DNA of 64,000 nucleotides from a virus, in IMG/VR virus record IMGVR_UViG_3300028581_000013; one strand, given 5' to 3'. Shown here piece after piece: positions 35,971 through 45,728 of the stretch. The translations under genes and the position numbers were made by a program. Below the pieces are notes generated by a model that saw only the letters and a program-made list of their open reading frames with translations, was not told the origin of the DNA and made no database searches. Each line of letters opens with the position of its first letter. The stretch's first letter is position 1.

Positions 35971-37935
35971 TTATACTGGTCGTTTGTTTTGTCGTTGAAC
36001 TCGTAACAAAGTTGGATCATCAATTCTAGGTGAAACTGAACCATCAATAGCAACACCACCACCGCCACCAGAATTATTTCCAATCGATTGTGAATTATCG
36101 ATAATAGTTGTATTCATTGCAGGAGCGGCCGCCATTTTAATTTCAGCATTCTTACTCATAGTTGATTCTAACTGTGAATCGGTTCTACCACCAGAAGATA
36201 CAGGTGTTACCTTTGGTGCTGGTGGTGTGGCTGCAGGTGATGCTGATGATGGTGTGGCTGCAGGCATTGGTTGATTTGTATTTGAACCTTTGACTGTTGG
36301 TGTTTCTGTCGTTGCTTCCACAGGTTTATTGTTTTCTTCAGGTGTAGTGGTAACAACAGGTTCAACTTCTCCACTAGAATTAGAAATGTGTTCAAATAAC
36401 TTTTCACTAATTGCTTTACCTGCCTTTTTACCGCCAACATAACCTAATGCGGCGCCCGTTGCACCGCCTAAGAAGGCACCAATTGGTCCACCAACTGAAC
36501 CAATAGTTGCACCGATAGTAGCACCCATTGATGTACCAGCACCAGCGGCAATTATTTGAGCAGCACTAGAGACCATAACTTCTCTTAGTTGTTTATCATC
36601 TATCTTACCTTCTTCTCTATCTGCTATAGCCTGTTTCATTGTTTCCATCATTTCAAATGCACCAGCAATACCACCAATAAAAGGCAATTTAGTAAAATAT
36701 TTTAGAACACCTTTAGCACCTTTTAATACTTTAGACATCTTTGTTGCTTTAGGTTTTTCTTCAACCTTTTCTACTTTCGTAGCTTTCTTTTCTTCTTCGT
36801 ATTTCTCTTTACCTTTTTTGGTTGCCTTCTCAGCAGTCTTATTGGGTTTTTCTCCTGTTTTCTTTTCACCTTCTGCTGGTTTTTCTCCAGGTTTTTGTTC
36901 TGCTGGCTTTGGTTCAGCTGGCTTAGGTTCTGCTGGTTTAGGCTCAGCAGTTCCTGGTTTTGGTTCTGACGGAATAGTTGGAGTTTTAATGCCTCTTAAT
37001 CTATCTAAAAGGCTTTTTAATCCTAATACTCCTCCAATTTCACCAATTAAGGTCATTAAAGGTCCAATTACACTCCACAATCCACTCCATATGCTGGATA
37101 TAACTCCAAGCAACATATTTTTTGCAGTTTCAATTAACCCTTTGATGAAATCGAATAGGCCACCACTTTCTTCTTTTTTTGCTTCAGTTTTTACTACAGC
37201 AAAAGATCCTAAAGATTTTATCGCATTAATCAATTCTTTGTTACGTTTTTCTTTTTCTTTTTCACGTATTTTCTTAAAACTTTTTTCTATTTGATATCTT
37301 TTTAAAGAATTAATTTGTTCGGCTTTAATTAAATTATACATTCTTGCTAATATAGTAGCAATACCGTCACCTTTTTTCATAGATTGTGTATTGCCTTCTG
37401 AAATGGCAGAATACAAACCTACATCGGATTTGTTTAATTTTTCATTGATATATGCTGGCTTTGGTTTGGTTTCTTTTGCTTTCTTGTCGCCAGCAAAATA
37501 ACTAATATCTTCTTTACTTCTTCCAGTCATTCGACCTAATAAAGCAGAGCCTAATTTTCCAGTTAATATCTTTGCAATGTTTAACGGATCAAATTTTTCT
37601 TTTAGACCGGTTGAACGTGCTTGCATTTTTTCTGAAATGCCTGATTTGATGGAAGTTAATACACCTTTATCTTCTACCAATTTTTCTGTAATCAAATCTT
37701 TTAATGATTTCTTTCTAATCTGTGATGCCTGTTTATACGACATTTTCTTTTCTGTTGTGTCCGTAATAGAAGCTTCATCTTGTTTTTTTGGTTTACCTAA
37801 TTTACCCATTTCTTCTTTTGTAGCCGCACGAATATAACTGCCGGTTTCAGCTAAAAGAAACCAATGGCCTTTCTTATTAAAGGCGTTAGGGTTCCATGAG
37901 AAAGTATCTTGACCTAATGTTTTTATTATAACCAT
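35971..37935 (-). CDS. Tape-measure/hub-like tail protein (gp29-like), paralog B
   Basis: Helical, Gly-rich hydrophobic segments, EPKPA repeats; position next to gp51/gp26. Confidence 0.6.
   Translation of the reverse strand: MVIIKTLGQDTFSWNPNAFNKKGHWFLLAETGSYIRAATKEEMGKLGKPKKQDEASITDTTEKKMSYKQASQIRKKSLKDLITEKLVEDKGVLTSIKSGISEKMQARSTGLKEKFDPLNIAKILTGKLGSALLGRMTGRSKEDISYFAGDKKAKETKPKPAYINEKLNKSDVGLYSAISEGNTQSMKKGDGIATILARMYNLIKAEQINSLKRYQIEKSFKKIREKEKEKRNKELINAIKSLGSFAVVKTEAKKEESGGLFDFIKGLIETAKNMLLGVISSIWSGLWSVIGPLMTLIGEIGGVLGLKSLLDRLRGIKTPTIPSEPKPGTAEPKPAEPKPAEPKPAEQKPGEKPAEGEKKTGEKPNKTAEKATKKGKEKYEEEKKATKVEKVEEKPKATKMSKVLKGAKGVLKYFTKLPFIGGIAGAFEMMETMKQAIADREEGKIDDKQLREVMVSSAAQIIAAGAGTSMGATIGATIGSVGGPIGAFLGGATGAALGYVGGKKAGKAISEKLFEHISNSSGEVEPVVTTTPEENNKPVEATTETPTVKGSNTNQPMPAATPSSASPAATPPAPKVTPVSSGGRTDSQLESTMSKNAEIKMAAAPAMNTTIIDNSQSIGNNSGGGGGVAIDGSVSPRIDDPTLLRVQRQNKRPV
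36860..36970 (-). repeat. 15-bp coding tandem repeat (EPKPA)n
   Basis: EPKPGTAEPKPAEPKPAEPKPAEQKPGEKPA. Confidence 0.8.
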
Positions 37936-37938
37936 TTT

Positions 37939-39642
37939 TTATATTGTTGTTTCTAAAACTGGATAATCGTCAATCTGTGCTGTACTTATAATTTGTCTGG
38001 ATTGACCACCACCAGCATTAATGATTGTTTTGGTATTGTTTACTGCTATATTTGTTACAGGTACTTGTTCTTTTAATTCTTGATTTTGTTTCGACATAGC
38101 ATATACAGCCTCACCAGAAGGTGAACTGGTGAAGGCTTCAACTTTGGCCATTTGTTCAGCACCAAACCCTCTTGTTAAATCTACACTGGCACCAACGATT
38201 GCTTTAGTTATTTCGTTATTCGCTTCTGATTGGCTCTTAAATGAATTTACTCTACTACCTAATTTATTTTTAACAAAAGCTGCAACAATTTTTGGTGCCA
38301 ATACTGAATCATTTACTAAGTCTGGATTGGAAACTAAATCGGCACCAATTTGTTTACCAATTCTGTTATAGTTATCTTTTCCTGTCAATTGAATCAGACC
38401 ACGGCCACGATATTTAAATCCATCACCTGGTTCTTTATTACCTAACTCTTGACCTTTGGCAGTCTGATAACCGTAAACTGTTTCAAAAAATTTAGAATCA
38501 TCTTTTTTAATTTCATTTAGTTGGTCATCTGTAAGACCTGCAACTCTACTGCCAAATATTTTACGGATTCTATCGTTTGAAGTATTGGCATAACCAGTTT
38601 CATATTTTGCAGTAAATCCTGATTCTTTACCAACATTACCTAAAATAGCTTTTTGTGCATACTCATTTGTTATACCAACTTCAGCCAAAGCCGATCCTAT
38701 ACCAGCGACCACTGCGGCAGTACCACCAATGGCCGCCGCACCTCCTACAGAAGGTGTTGGAATTTTAGTTGCTTTGGCAGCTTCAACCACACCAGCGACT
38801 GGCTTATCTATTTCTTTTGTTATTTTTGGTACAGTCTTTGTTGGTTGTATAATTTTTTCTGCTTTACTAACAACCGTGGCCACACCTGGAATATCTTTGG
38901 CTTTAGTAACGGCTTTACTAACAACAGTAGTTACTACTGGTGCGGCTGCAGAGGTGGTTGCAACAGTAGGTGATGTAACTGTGGATGCAGGTGTTTCTGG
39001 TTTCTTTGATTCTTCAGGTTTTTTTGTAGGCGGCTCTTCAATTTTTAAATCTTTTTTGACTTTTTCAATATCCGTTTTTGCTGGTTTTTTATCTTTTAAT
39101 TTTTTAATTTCATTAATTAAATTTTCATGCCGTTTGGCATCTTCTGCTTGAACTTCTTCTTCAAAATTATAGTCTAACTCACGATTTAAATTTTCTTTTT
39201 CATAAAAGGTTTTCATGACATTAACCAAACGAGCGGCTACAGTAGCCACATTATCACCTTTTTGTAATGAACCTCTTTGACCTTCTCTAATTTTACTATA
39301 AAAGGCAGTTTCTACATTGCCAACTTTAGTTTCTTGTGGTTGTGTAAAAGAATAAGGTTTCTCACCTTTTTTTCTATTTTTATTGAAGAAGTATTGCATA
39401 TCTTCAGGTTTTCTACCTGTTATCTTACCTAAGAAAGCCATACCAAGATTACCCGTTAATATCTTTGCAATGTTTAACGGATCAAATTTTTCTTTTAAAC
39501 CTGTAGTTTTTGCTTTGAATGATTCAGATACGCCTCCACCAATGGATTGACCAAATCCTTGGCCAGCGACTAATCTATCGGTAATAGTACCTAAGACTCC
39601 TCGTTTTCTGGTTGTCGCTGCTTGTTCGTATTTGCTTATCAT
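37939..39642 (-). CDS. Tail protein with GH19 lysozyme/chitinase domain, paralog A
   Basis: KESG, LGN..PGDGFKYRGRGLIQLTGKDNY, DLV.NPDL. Confidence 0.85.
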   Translation of the reverse strand: MISKYEQAATTRKRGVLGTITDRLVAGQGFGQSIGGGVSESFKAKTTGLKEKFDPLNIAKILTGNLGMAFLGKITGRKPEDMQYFFNKNRKKGEKPYSFTQPQETKVGNVETAFYSKIREGQRGSLQKGDNVATVAARLVNVMKTFYEKENLNRELDYNFEEEVQAEDAKRHENLINEIKKLKDKKPAKTDIEKVKKDLKIEEPPTKKPEESKKPETPASTVTSPTVATTSAAAPVVTTVVSKAVTKAKDIPGVATVVSKAEKIIQPTKTVPKITKEIDKPVAGVVEAAKATKIPTPSVGGAAAIGGTAAVVAGIGSALAEVGITNEYAQKAILGNVGKESGFTAKYETGYANTSNDRIRKIFGSRVAGLTDDQLNEIKKDDSKFFETVYGYQTAKGQELGNKEPGDGFKYRGRGLIQLTGKDNYNRIGKQIGADLVSNPDLVNDSVLAPKIVAAFVKNKLGSRVNSFKSQSEANNEITKAIVGASVDLTRGFGAEQMAKVEAFTSSPSGEAVYAMSKQNQELKEQVPVTNIAVNNTKTIINAGGGQSRQIISTAQIDDYPVLETTI

Positions 39643-39833
39643 TTACCTTGTCTTTGCTTTATCTTTTCGTTTTCTTCTTCAATGAATTGTATAAGCATAT
39701 TAACGTAAATATCACGTTCCCAAGGTATCATATTTTCAAGTTCAGTCAAACTATACTTGTGATGTTGCATCAAGGAAAAGTTTGTTTTATAATAATTTCT
39801 TAAATTGTCATGACGAAATGTTAACCGAAAAAA
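39639..39833 (-). CDS. gp51: Baseplate hub assembly catalyst gp51 (probably reached by -1 frameshift from gp26)
   Basis: NYYKTNFSLMQHHKYSLTELENMIPWERDIYV. Confidence 0.85.
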   Translation of the reverse strand, partial: FFRLTFRHDNLRNYYKTNFSLMQHHKYSLTELENMIPWERDIYVNMLIQFIEEENEKIKQRQGK

Positions 39834-40546
39834 TTGTCTAACCCTTCCACCTCTATCGTGTGGTTGTATCCACACTTACCACAAGTAGTATTAATAACCT
39901 TATTCATTGTTGGTAGGTTATTAAAAAAGTTTTCAATCTTTGCAAATTGATCTTGATTTAAAGACTCAACAAATTCTATCAATTCTGCTGGATCAGTTTC
40001 TTTTGAATAATAATATTGTTCACCATCAAAAATATATTCTATACTCTCAACAATCATTTGAAATGCCATGTCTGTGGCACTACTAAACTTTGTTGCTCTT
40101 TCTAACATAGAAAATTCTGGATACTTTAACTTAATGGCAATTATGTCGGTTAATTGAACAATATCTTTAGCATCTTCTTTAAATTCAACTTTGATGTCAA
40201 GAAGATTAACAGATGTGTCCATCAAATTACCACAAGGTTTGTCATTAACTTCATTTTCACAACGATATTTGGTTTCAATTACTTCACCAACCGAACGTGC
40301 TCTCAAATTAATAAAGTAAAATTCAACATCAATAATAGGTAATGAATCAATGTCAACATTGGGTGTCAAAGTACAATTGTGTAAAACTTGCCTGATGTTT
40401 TTTTCAATTGTTTCTTTATCATCTGACTCCATTGCCATCATTAAGTTTCTTTGTTCTTTTACAAGAAACGGCCTAAATCGAATATGTTTCTTCGATAAAG
40501 GTAAATCTATTTCATATACTGGTGCATCAATTTTTGGTAAAGCCAT
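39821..40546 (-). CDS. gp26: Baseplate hub assembly protein gp26
   Basis: MALPKI..P.Y, RPFLVKE, LRARSVGE, LKYP, EGL..FF. Confidence 0.92.
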   Translation of the reverse strand: MALPKIDAPVYEIDLPLSKKHIRFRPFLVKEQRNLMMAMESDDKETIEKNIRQVLHNCTLTPNVDIDSLPIIDVEFYFINLRARSVGEVIETKYRCENEVNDKPCGNLMDTSVNLLDIKVEFKEDAKDIVQLTDIIAIKLKYPEFSMLERATKFSSATDMAFQMIVESIEYIFDGEQYYYSKETDPAELIEFVESLNQDQFAKIENFFNNLPTMNKVINTTCGKCGYNHTIEVEGLDNFFG

Positions 40547-40572
40547 TTTATTATCACTCCTCTAAAAAAATA

Positions 40573-41457
40573 TTAATAACCATCCCATTCAGAATATTGA
40601 AATGGTCCAGTTTCTTCATAATAATCTTGGCCAGATTCATATTCTAAAGGATATGGTGCTTCTTCCGATACATAATCGTCCGTTCCACCAAACCATGATG
40701 ATCCTGAATCATCATAACCATCATAACCGCTTCGACCGGTGTTGTCATTTCCAATTGTTGTAAATGGATTACTTAAATCTGCTTCATCACCAAATGTGCC
40801 AAGTGAACCAATGCCACCCAAAGCAGCAGTGATTCTTGATATAACACTTAACAATAAAGAAGTGCCTAGTGCTTGTACTGAATTATTCATCCAGTAAGAA
40901 TAGGCAAATACTACTGTTAATTTGTGGTGACCATCAGCAGACCAATCTAAGTCTAATTGATTGACAGAAATTGGATAAGCATCAATCAATGTTACAGAAT
41001 AACTTTTATCATTTTCTACATCATATTGATTTATTGTAATATTTGAAACATAATCTGTTTTATATGTAAAATTAAAAGAATACGTTGGATTTATAAATTC
41101 TTGCCATGTATCAAAGAATATTCTTTCATTCATATCATCACTAACAATAAAAGTTAATGTTGTATCATTGTATGTTGGCTGATACGGAAACTTTTCAACA
41201 GGATTTGATCCTATTTTTCTGTCTGCTGTAGCAAATGTTCTGCTAGGCAGTTCTGCATTCTCACAACGCATCTTTAATATTCTTGACATACCTCTAAAAG
41301 GTATCAATGTAATGGGTACAGGTATTTCTACATCAAATTTATTAGGTCTTGCCACATCGGTGACAAAGCTCGATTTAAAGTCACTGATGCTACCGCTGGT
41401 ACCTGGTTCGTTACCAAAAAGGCCGATATTACCAAATAGGTTATCGAAAATGGCCAT
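40573..41457 (-). CDS. gp54: Tail tube initiator gp54-like
   Basis: ARPNKF.V, CE.AELP, FFD.WQ, AYP......LDW; acidic C-terminal extension. Confidence 0.75.
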   Translation of the reverse strand: MAIFDNLFGNIGLFGNEPGTSGSISDFKSSFVTDVARPNKFDVEIPVPITLIPFRGMSRILKMRCENAELPSRTFATADRKIGSNPVEKFPYQPTYNDTTLTFIVSDDMNERIFFDTWQEFINPTYSFNFTYKTDYVSNITINQYDVENDKSYSVTLIDAYPISVNQLDLDWSADGHHKLTVVFAYSYWMNNSVQALGTSLLLSVISRITAALGGIGSLGTFGDEADLSNPFTTIGNDNTGRSGYDGYDDSGSSWFGGTDDYVSEEAPYPLEYESGQDYYEETGPFQYSEWDGY

Positions 41458-41461
41458 TTAA

Positions 41462-42055
41462 CTATTTCCTTATTTGATCTAATGATTCTTGCCAGACTGT
41501 GGCTGGCTGTGCTTTGGCAAACATATGAATAGGTAAATATGCCGCAATGTCCCATTCATTTGGCTGTATGGCAAGTAATTTAGACTGAATTTGACCATAC
41601 AAATACTTTTTAAGACATGGCCGAAACTCTTTAAACCGCTTGGAGGCGCCAAGAATTTCATAGGTGACTCTCATCTTCTTAATATCATCTTTTCTGTCAA
41701 GGACAGCGAAATCCATGAGTTTCCCTAAAAATGCCAGTCTGTACTGTAATGGTAAATAATGTAAGTTAAGTCCCAAAATACCATCAGAATATTTCTCCAA
41801 TACCAATACCAAAGGAAATTTATCATAATAAGGTAAATCTTTTTTACCAATTGGATTATAATAAAAACAATATAATCCACCTAAACCAAAGGTATTCTTT
41901 TGTCTAAATTCTTCACGGTTAATAGCTGCTCGAACATTTGCTGGATTTACTAAATCCGAAATCTTTGATTTCATCCATTTCAAAGAGTCTTTCGACATCG
42001 TTTGAATTTCAGCAGATGACTTTTGATTTGCTAGTGTTGTAAGTTTAGATACCAT
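41462..42055 (-). CDS. gp2: DNA end protector gp2
   Basis: Y.P..K..LPYYD.FPL, GLNLHYLP, PC.K.YL. Confidence 0.92.
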   Translation of the reverse strand: MVSKLTTLANQKSSAEIQTMSKDSLKWMKSKISDLVNPANVRAAINREEFRQKNTFGLGGLYCFYYNPIGKKDLPYYDKFPLVLVLEKYSDGILGLNLHYLPLQYRLAFLGKLMDFAVLDRKDDIKKMRVTYEILGASKRFKEFRPCLKKYLYGQIQSKLLAIQPNEWDIAAYLPIHMFAKAQPATVWQESLDQIRK

Positions 42056-42063
42056 TTGATTAT

Positions 42064-42501
42064 TTAGTTGATTCCCAGATGATCTTCAGTCAGTAATTTG
42101 AACTCCCAACCACGATCCAAACAAAACTCGGTAGCCGCCTTCCATTTAGCTTGATTGACCCCCCAAGTGGTCACCTCGTTGATATACTGTTTCGTGACTC
42201 TTTTTCTATGTTCTGGTCGTTGAGTTTGTTTTTTAGGTTTAACTTCTAGTATCATAGTTTTTAAGAGACCATCTCTCGTTTTGATTTTAACCAAAAAATC
42301 AGGAAAGTATCGGTGCCTTTTTCCGTCTACGGGAGATATATAAGGAATAATCAATTCTTCAGAAGCCCAAGAAACAATGTTATCGTTTCTGTCGAGCCAA
42401 GACATTACCTTACATTCCCATGAGGACCGGTAAATGATGTTATTTGCATCCCCAACATACTTTTGAGGGTTTTTAGGTGTAAATCGTCCAGAATATGCCA
42501 T
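42064..42501 (-). CDS. gp4: Head completion nuclease gp4
   Basis: MAYSGRF.PKNP.KY.GD, YRSSWE, HRYFPDF, EVKP, NQAKW.AA. Confidence 0.93.
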   Translation of the reverse strand: MAYSGRFTPKNPQKYVGDANNIIYRSSWECKVMSWLDRNDNIVSWASEELIIPYISPVDGKRHRYFPDFLVKIKTRDGLLKTMILEVKPKKQTQRPEHRKRVTKQYINEVTTWGVNQAKWKAATEFCLDRGWEFKLLTEDHLGIN

Positions 42502-42506
42502 AAATA
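42500..42506 (+). promoter_or_regulatory. T4-type late promoter for the baseplate operon
   Basis: ATAAATA overlapping the gp4 start codon, upstream of gp48. Confidence 0.7.
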
Positions 42507-42533
42507 CTATGTATAACTTTTTTAGAGGAATCA

Positions 42534-43742
42534 ATGGCTATCTTATCCATTCCAACATCCGTAGCTGGTGTATCGATACCATCAGGTCTATTTAACCCAA
42601 ATAGTCCACTAGCTTTATTATACGGCGGTCTTGGAGTTAAAACATACAAATATCCTTCAGATTTAGCAACCAGTCCATCAAAATCCCACTACGTTCAATT
42701 TTCGATATCAGAAATTATACCTGCAAGTTATAGTGGTGGTGGCCAAGTACCACTTAATGAAAATTTAATTGAGGGTGATTCTGTTGGTTTACCTGGATTT
42801 GGTGGTATAGCTCAAGAAGCTGGTTCTATGTCTGGTGATGAAAGCTCCTGGACAGAATCGAGCACAGGATTGTTTGAGTTATCTGAAGATTCTGGTTCGG
42901 GTGGATTTTTAGGTGATTTTGGTGCCACAATATCGAAAGGTTTAAAAATATCACCAACAAGAACTCAGCCAAAGGCTTTTGTTTCATTGTATATGCCAGA
43001 TACACTCAATGCACAATACAATGCTTCGTATGATGAATTAAAACTCACAGATTTGGGTTCGGGAATAAACACACTCAGAACAATTGACCAGTTGGCTGGG
43101 CCAGCAAAGTCCATTGTAGAATCGTATAAATCTGGTGGCGGAGGTCTTGGTGGTGTTGGATCAGCACTAAAACAAGCCGGTAATATAGCAGGCACAGATC
43201 CAGCCGCCATATCTTTAATTACACGGGGTGGCGCTGCTTTAGCTAATAAAGCAGGCTTTGGTGTAAATGGAGGAGCATTAGAAGATGTGTTGTTAAAAGG
43301 TCAAGGTTATGCCATTAATCCACAGTTACAAATGATTTATCGTGGTATTGGTTTAAGAAATTTTCAGTTATCATTTGTGTTCACACCAAACTCTCAAGGT
43401 GAAGCAAATGAAGTAAACTATATTATAAATTTATTCAAATATCATTTTGCACCAACATTAATATCTGCTAAAGAAGTTTCTTCCGACTCAATGTATTTGG
43501 TACCACCTTCAATCTTTAATGTTGAATTCATGATTGATGGTAAAGAAAATCCATTTTTACCAAAATATGGTAGTTGTGTTTTATCCGACATCGATGTTAA
43601 TTTTGCACCAAATGGTTGGGCTTCGTATGATGATGGTGCACCAGTTCAATCGACACTCACAATGACATTCAAAGAAACAGAGATATTAGATAAAGGCAAA
43701 ATACAAAAAGGTTATTATGGTGTTGAAGGAGGTTTAAGATAA
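42534..43742 (+). CDS. gp48: Baseplate tail-tube cap gp48
   Basis: YP.DL, LYMP, NPQ...Y.G..LR.F...F.F.P, L.F.E.EI. Confidence 0.85.
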   Translation: MAILSIPTSVAGVSIPSGLFNPNSPLALLYGGLGVKTYKYPSDLATSPSKSHYVQFSISEIIPASYSGGGQVPLNENLIEGDSVGLPGFGGIAQEAGSMSGDESSWTESSTGLFELSEDSGSGGFLGDFGATISKGLKISPTRTQPKAFVSLYMPDTLNAQYNASYDELKLTDLGSGINTLRTIDQLAGPAKSIVESYKSGGGGLGGVGSALKQAGNIAGTDPAAISLITRGGAALANKAGFGVNGGALEDVLLKGQGYAINPQLQMIYRGIGLRNFQLSFVFTPNSQGEANEVNYIINLFKYHFAPTLISAKEVSSDSMYLVPPSIFNVEFMIDGKENPFLPKYGSCVLSDIDVNFAPNGWASYDDGAPVQSTLTMTFKETEILDKGKIQKGYYGVEGGLR

Positions 43743-44374
43743 TGTTATATTTTCAAAACTTTCCTAAAATAGCCACCACAGATTATAAAAACAATGCTGT
43801 ATTGGCAACCAACTTGATGGCAAGAACAGCAATTATTCCATCTTTGTTGACTAATCCTTTATTGTTTTATTCATATGATATACAAGAAGGTGATACACCA
43901 GAAATTGTTGCAAGCAAATATTATGGTGATGTTAATAGACATTGGTTAGTATTATATGCTAATCAGATAATAGATCCACAATGGCAATGGCCTTTGACCT
44001 CACAACAATTAAAAATATACATTCAAGATAAGTATGCAGATGCAGCCAACACAGCCAATGTATCAAGTGTTATATCATATGCACAACAAACTGTAAAGTA
44101 TCATCAAAAAATATTTGGTACGAACAATAGTGAGGGTGGTAAGAGTCAACGAACTATGATTATTGATGAATCAGAATACAATTCAACTATACCAGAAACA
44201 ATAACACAGAACTTTCCAAACGGTGCAGTTGTACAAAGAAGTATTGCTATAAAAGCTTTGAGTATCTATGATTATGAAGTAGAATTGAATGAAAGAAAAA
44301 GAAACATATATTTAATTAATAACATCTACGCACCACAAATAGAAAACCAATTTAAACAATTGATGAGTCGGTAA
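43742..44374 (+). CDS. gp53: Baseplate wedge gp53
   Basis: YF..FP, GDTPE.VA.KYYGD..HW, WP, YE...NE.KR.I. Confidence 0.9.
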   Translation: MLYFQNFPKIATTDYKNNAVLATNLMARTAIIPSLLTNPLLFYSYDIQEGDTPEIVASKYYGDVNRHWLVLYANQIIDPQWQWPLTSQQLKIYIQDKYADAANTANVSSVISYAQQTVKYHQKIFGTNNSEGGKSQRTMIIDESEYNSTIPETITQNFPNGAVVQRSIAIKALSIYDYEVELNERKRNIYLINNIYAPQIENQFKQLMSR

Positions 44375-44377
44375 ACC

Positions 44378-45721
44378 ATGGCAGGTATTCTATATCCTAA
44401 GGACTATGCTCTAGTCAATTTATTGTTGGTCAATTCCGTACAAAATATGGATTTGAAAAACATCATGGTTGAACTGTCATACCATGAAGATATATTCAAC
44501 AACACGGCATCAGGTTATGTAATGGTTGCTGATTCTATGGGATACATTGAATTACTCAGTATGAATGGTACTGAATTTTTAAAAATGACTTTTGCTAAAG
44601 TTAATGGCCAATCTGAGGTTGATAAAACATTTAGAGTATATAAAGTTGATAAGAGAAAATTAGAAAACAATATGTACACCGAGTCATATTGTTTGTATTT
44701 TTGTTCTGAAGAAATGTTAATGTCTGAACAGTATAAAATATGTAAATCTTATCCACAATCTACCATATCAGATAATGTGTATGATATACTTAGTTATGAA
44801 TTAGGCATATCTGATGATAAAATGGAGATAGATGAAACGTATGGTGTGTATGATTTTGTTGTGCCTACTTTAAAACCATTTGATGCAATCAATTGGATGT
44901 CAAATTATGCTCGACCATCTGCAGGTGTTCCTGGTGCTGACATGGTATTTTTTGAAAACAAACATGGATTCAACTTTAAGTCATTACAAAAGTTAATGAC
45001 TCAACCACCATATTATAATTATAGTTACAATCCAAAAAATACTGATGAAAAGAACATGCACAGTAATGTTTACAACGTTACAACATATGAAATATTAAAT
45101 TCGTTTGATACATTACATGGTATAAACTCTGGTGTGTTTGCAAATCATTTGTTGTCTATTGATGTTTTAACTAGACGATTAAAAACTACAGAGTTTGATT
45201 ATATGGCTTATGAAAAAAAATCAAAATCTTTAAATAGATCACCAATTATAAATGATTATTCAAACATATATGGTGACAAATTAACAGATACTTCAAAAGC
45301 TGTATATAAATTAGCATTTTCTAATTTTAATCAAAAAATTGTAGAATATATAGAAAAAGAAGGACGTGATCCTGAAGATGAAGAAGTTGAAGGTGGCACA
45401 GTAGATTCGCCAGCTGTTGGTGCTGATATTTTTGCTGAAACTTTTATACCATATAGAACAGCACAACTATCATTAACAAACTATATCAGAATAAAAATAT
45501 CTGTGCCTGGAGATCCTGCATTGACTGTTGGTCAAACTTTGAATTTTTCTTTATTATCTTTGACACCAGAATCAAAAACACCTGATGCATATTATTCTGG
45601 CAAATACTTAATTACAGCAGTAAGACATATGATTACAATGAATGAATATAAAACTGTATTAGAATTGGCAAAAGATAGTGTACCTACAAAGTATGCTTCT
45701 GCTACAGGTACTTTGGAATGA
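44378..45721 (+). CDS. Baseplate hub protein (gp27-like)
   Basis: EDIF, P.DAINW, FFEN..GF.FKS, VPGD..L.VG, SGKYLITAVRH. Confidence 0.75.
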   Translation: MAGILYPKDYALVNLLLVNSVQNMDLKNIMVELSYHEDIFNNTASGYVMVADSMGYIELLSMNGTEFLKMTFAKVNGQSEVDKTFRVYKVDKRKLENNMYTESYCLYFCSEEMLMSEQYKICKSYPQSTISDNVYDILSYELGISDDKMEIDETYGVYDFVVPTLKPFDAINWMSNYARPSAGVPGADMVFFENKHGFNFKSLQKLMTQPPYYNYSYNPKNTDEKNMHSNVYNVTTYEILNSFDTLHGINSGVFANHLLSIDVLTRRLKTTEFDYMAYEKKSKSLNRSPIINDYSNIYGDKLTDTSKAVYKLAFSNFNQKIVEYIEKEGRDPEDEEVEGGTVDSPAVGADIFAETFIPYRTAQLSLTNYIRIKISVPGDPALTVGQTLNFSLLSLTPESKTPDAYYSGKYLITAVRHMITMNEYKTVLELAKDSVPTKYASATGTLE

Positions 45722-45728
45722 GGATGAA

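Noticed and set aside
36818-39151. Long plus-strand ORFs opposite the tail genes
   Set aside because: Antisense shadows of low-complexity coding sequence.
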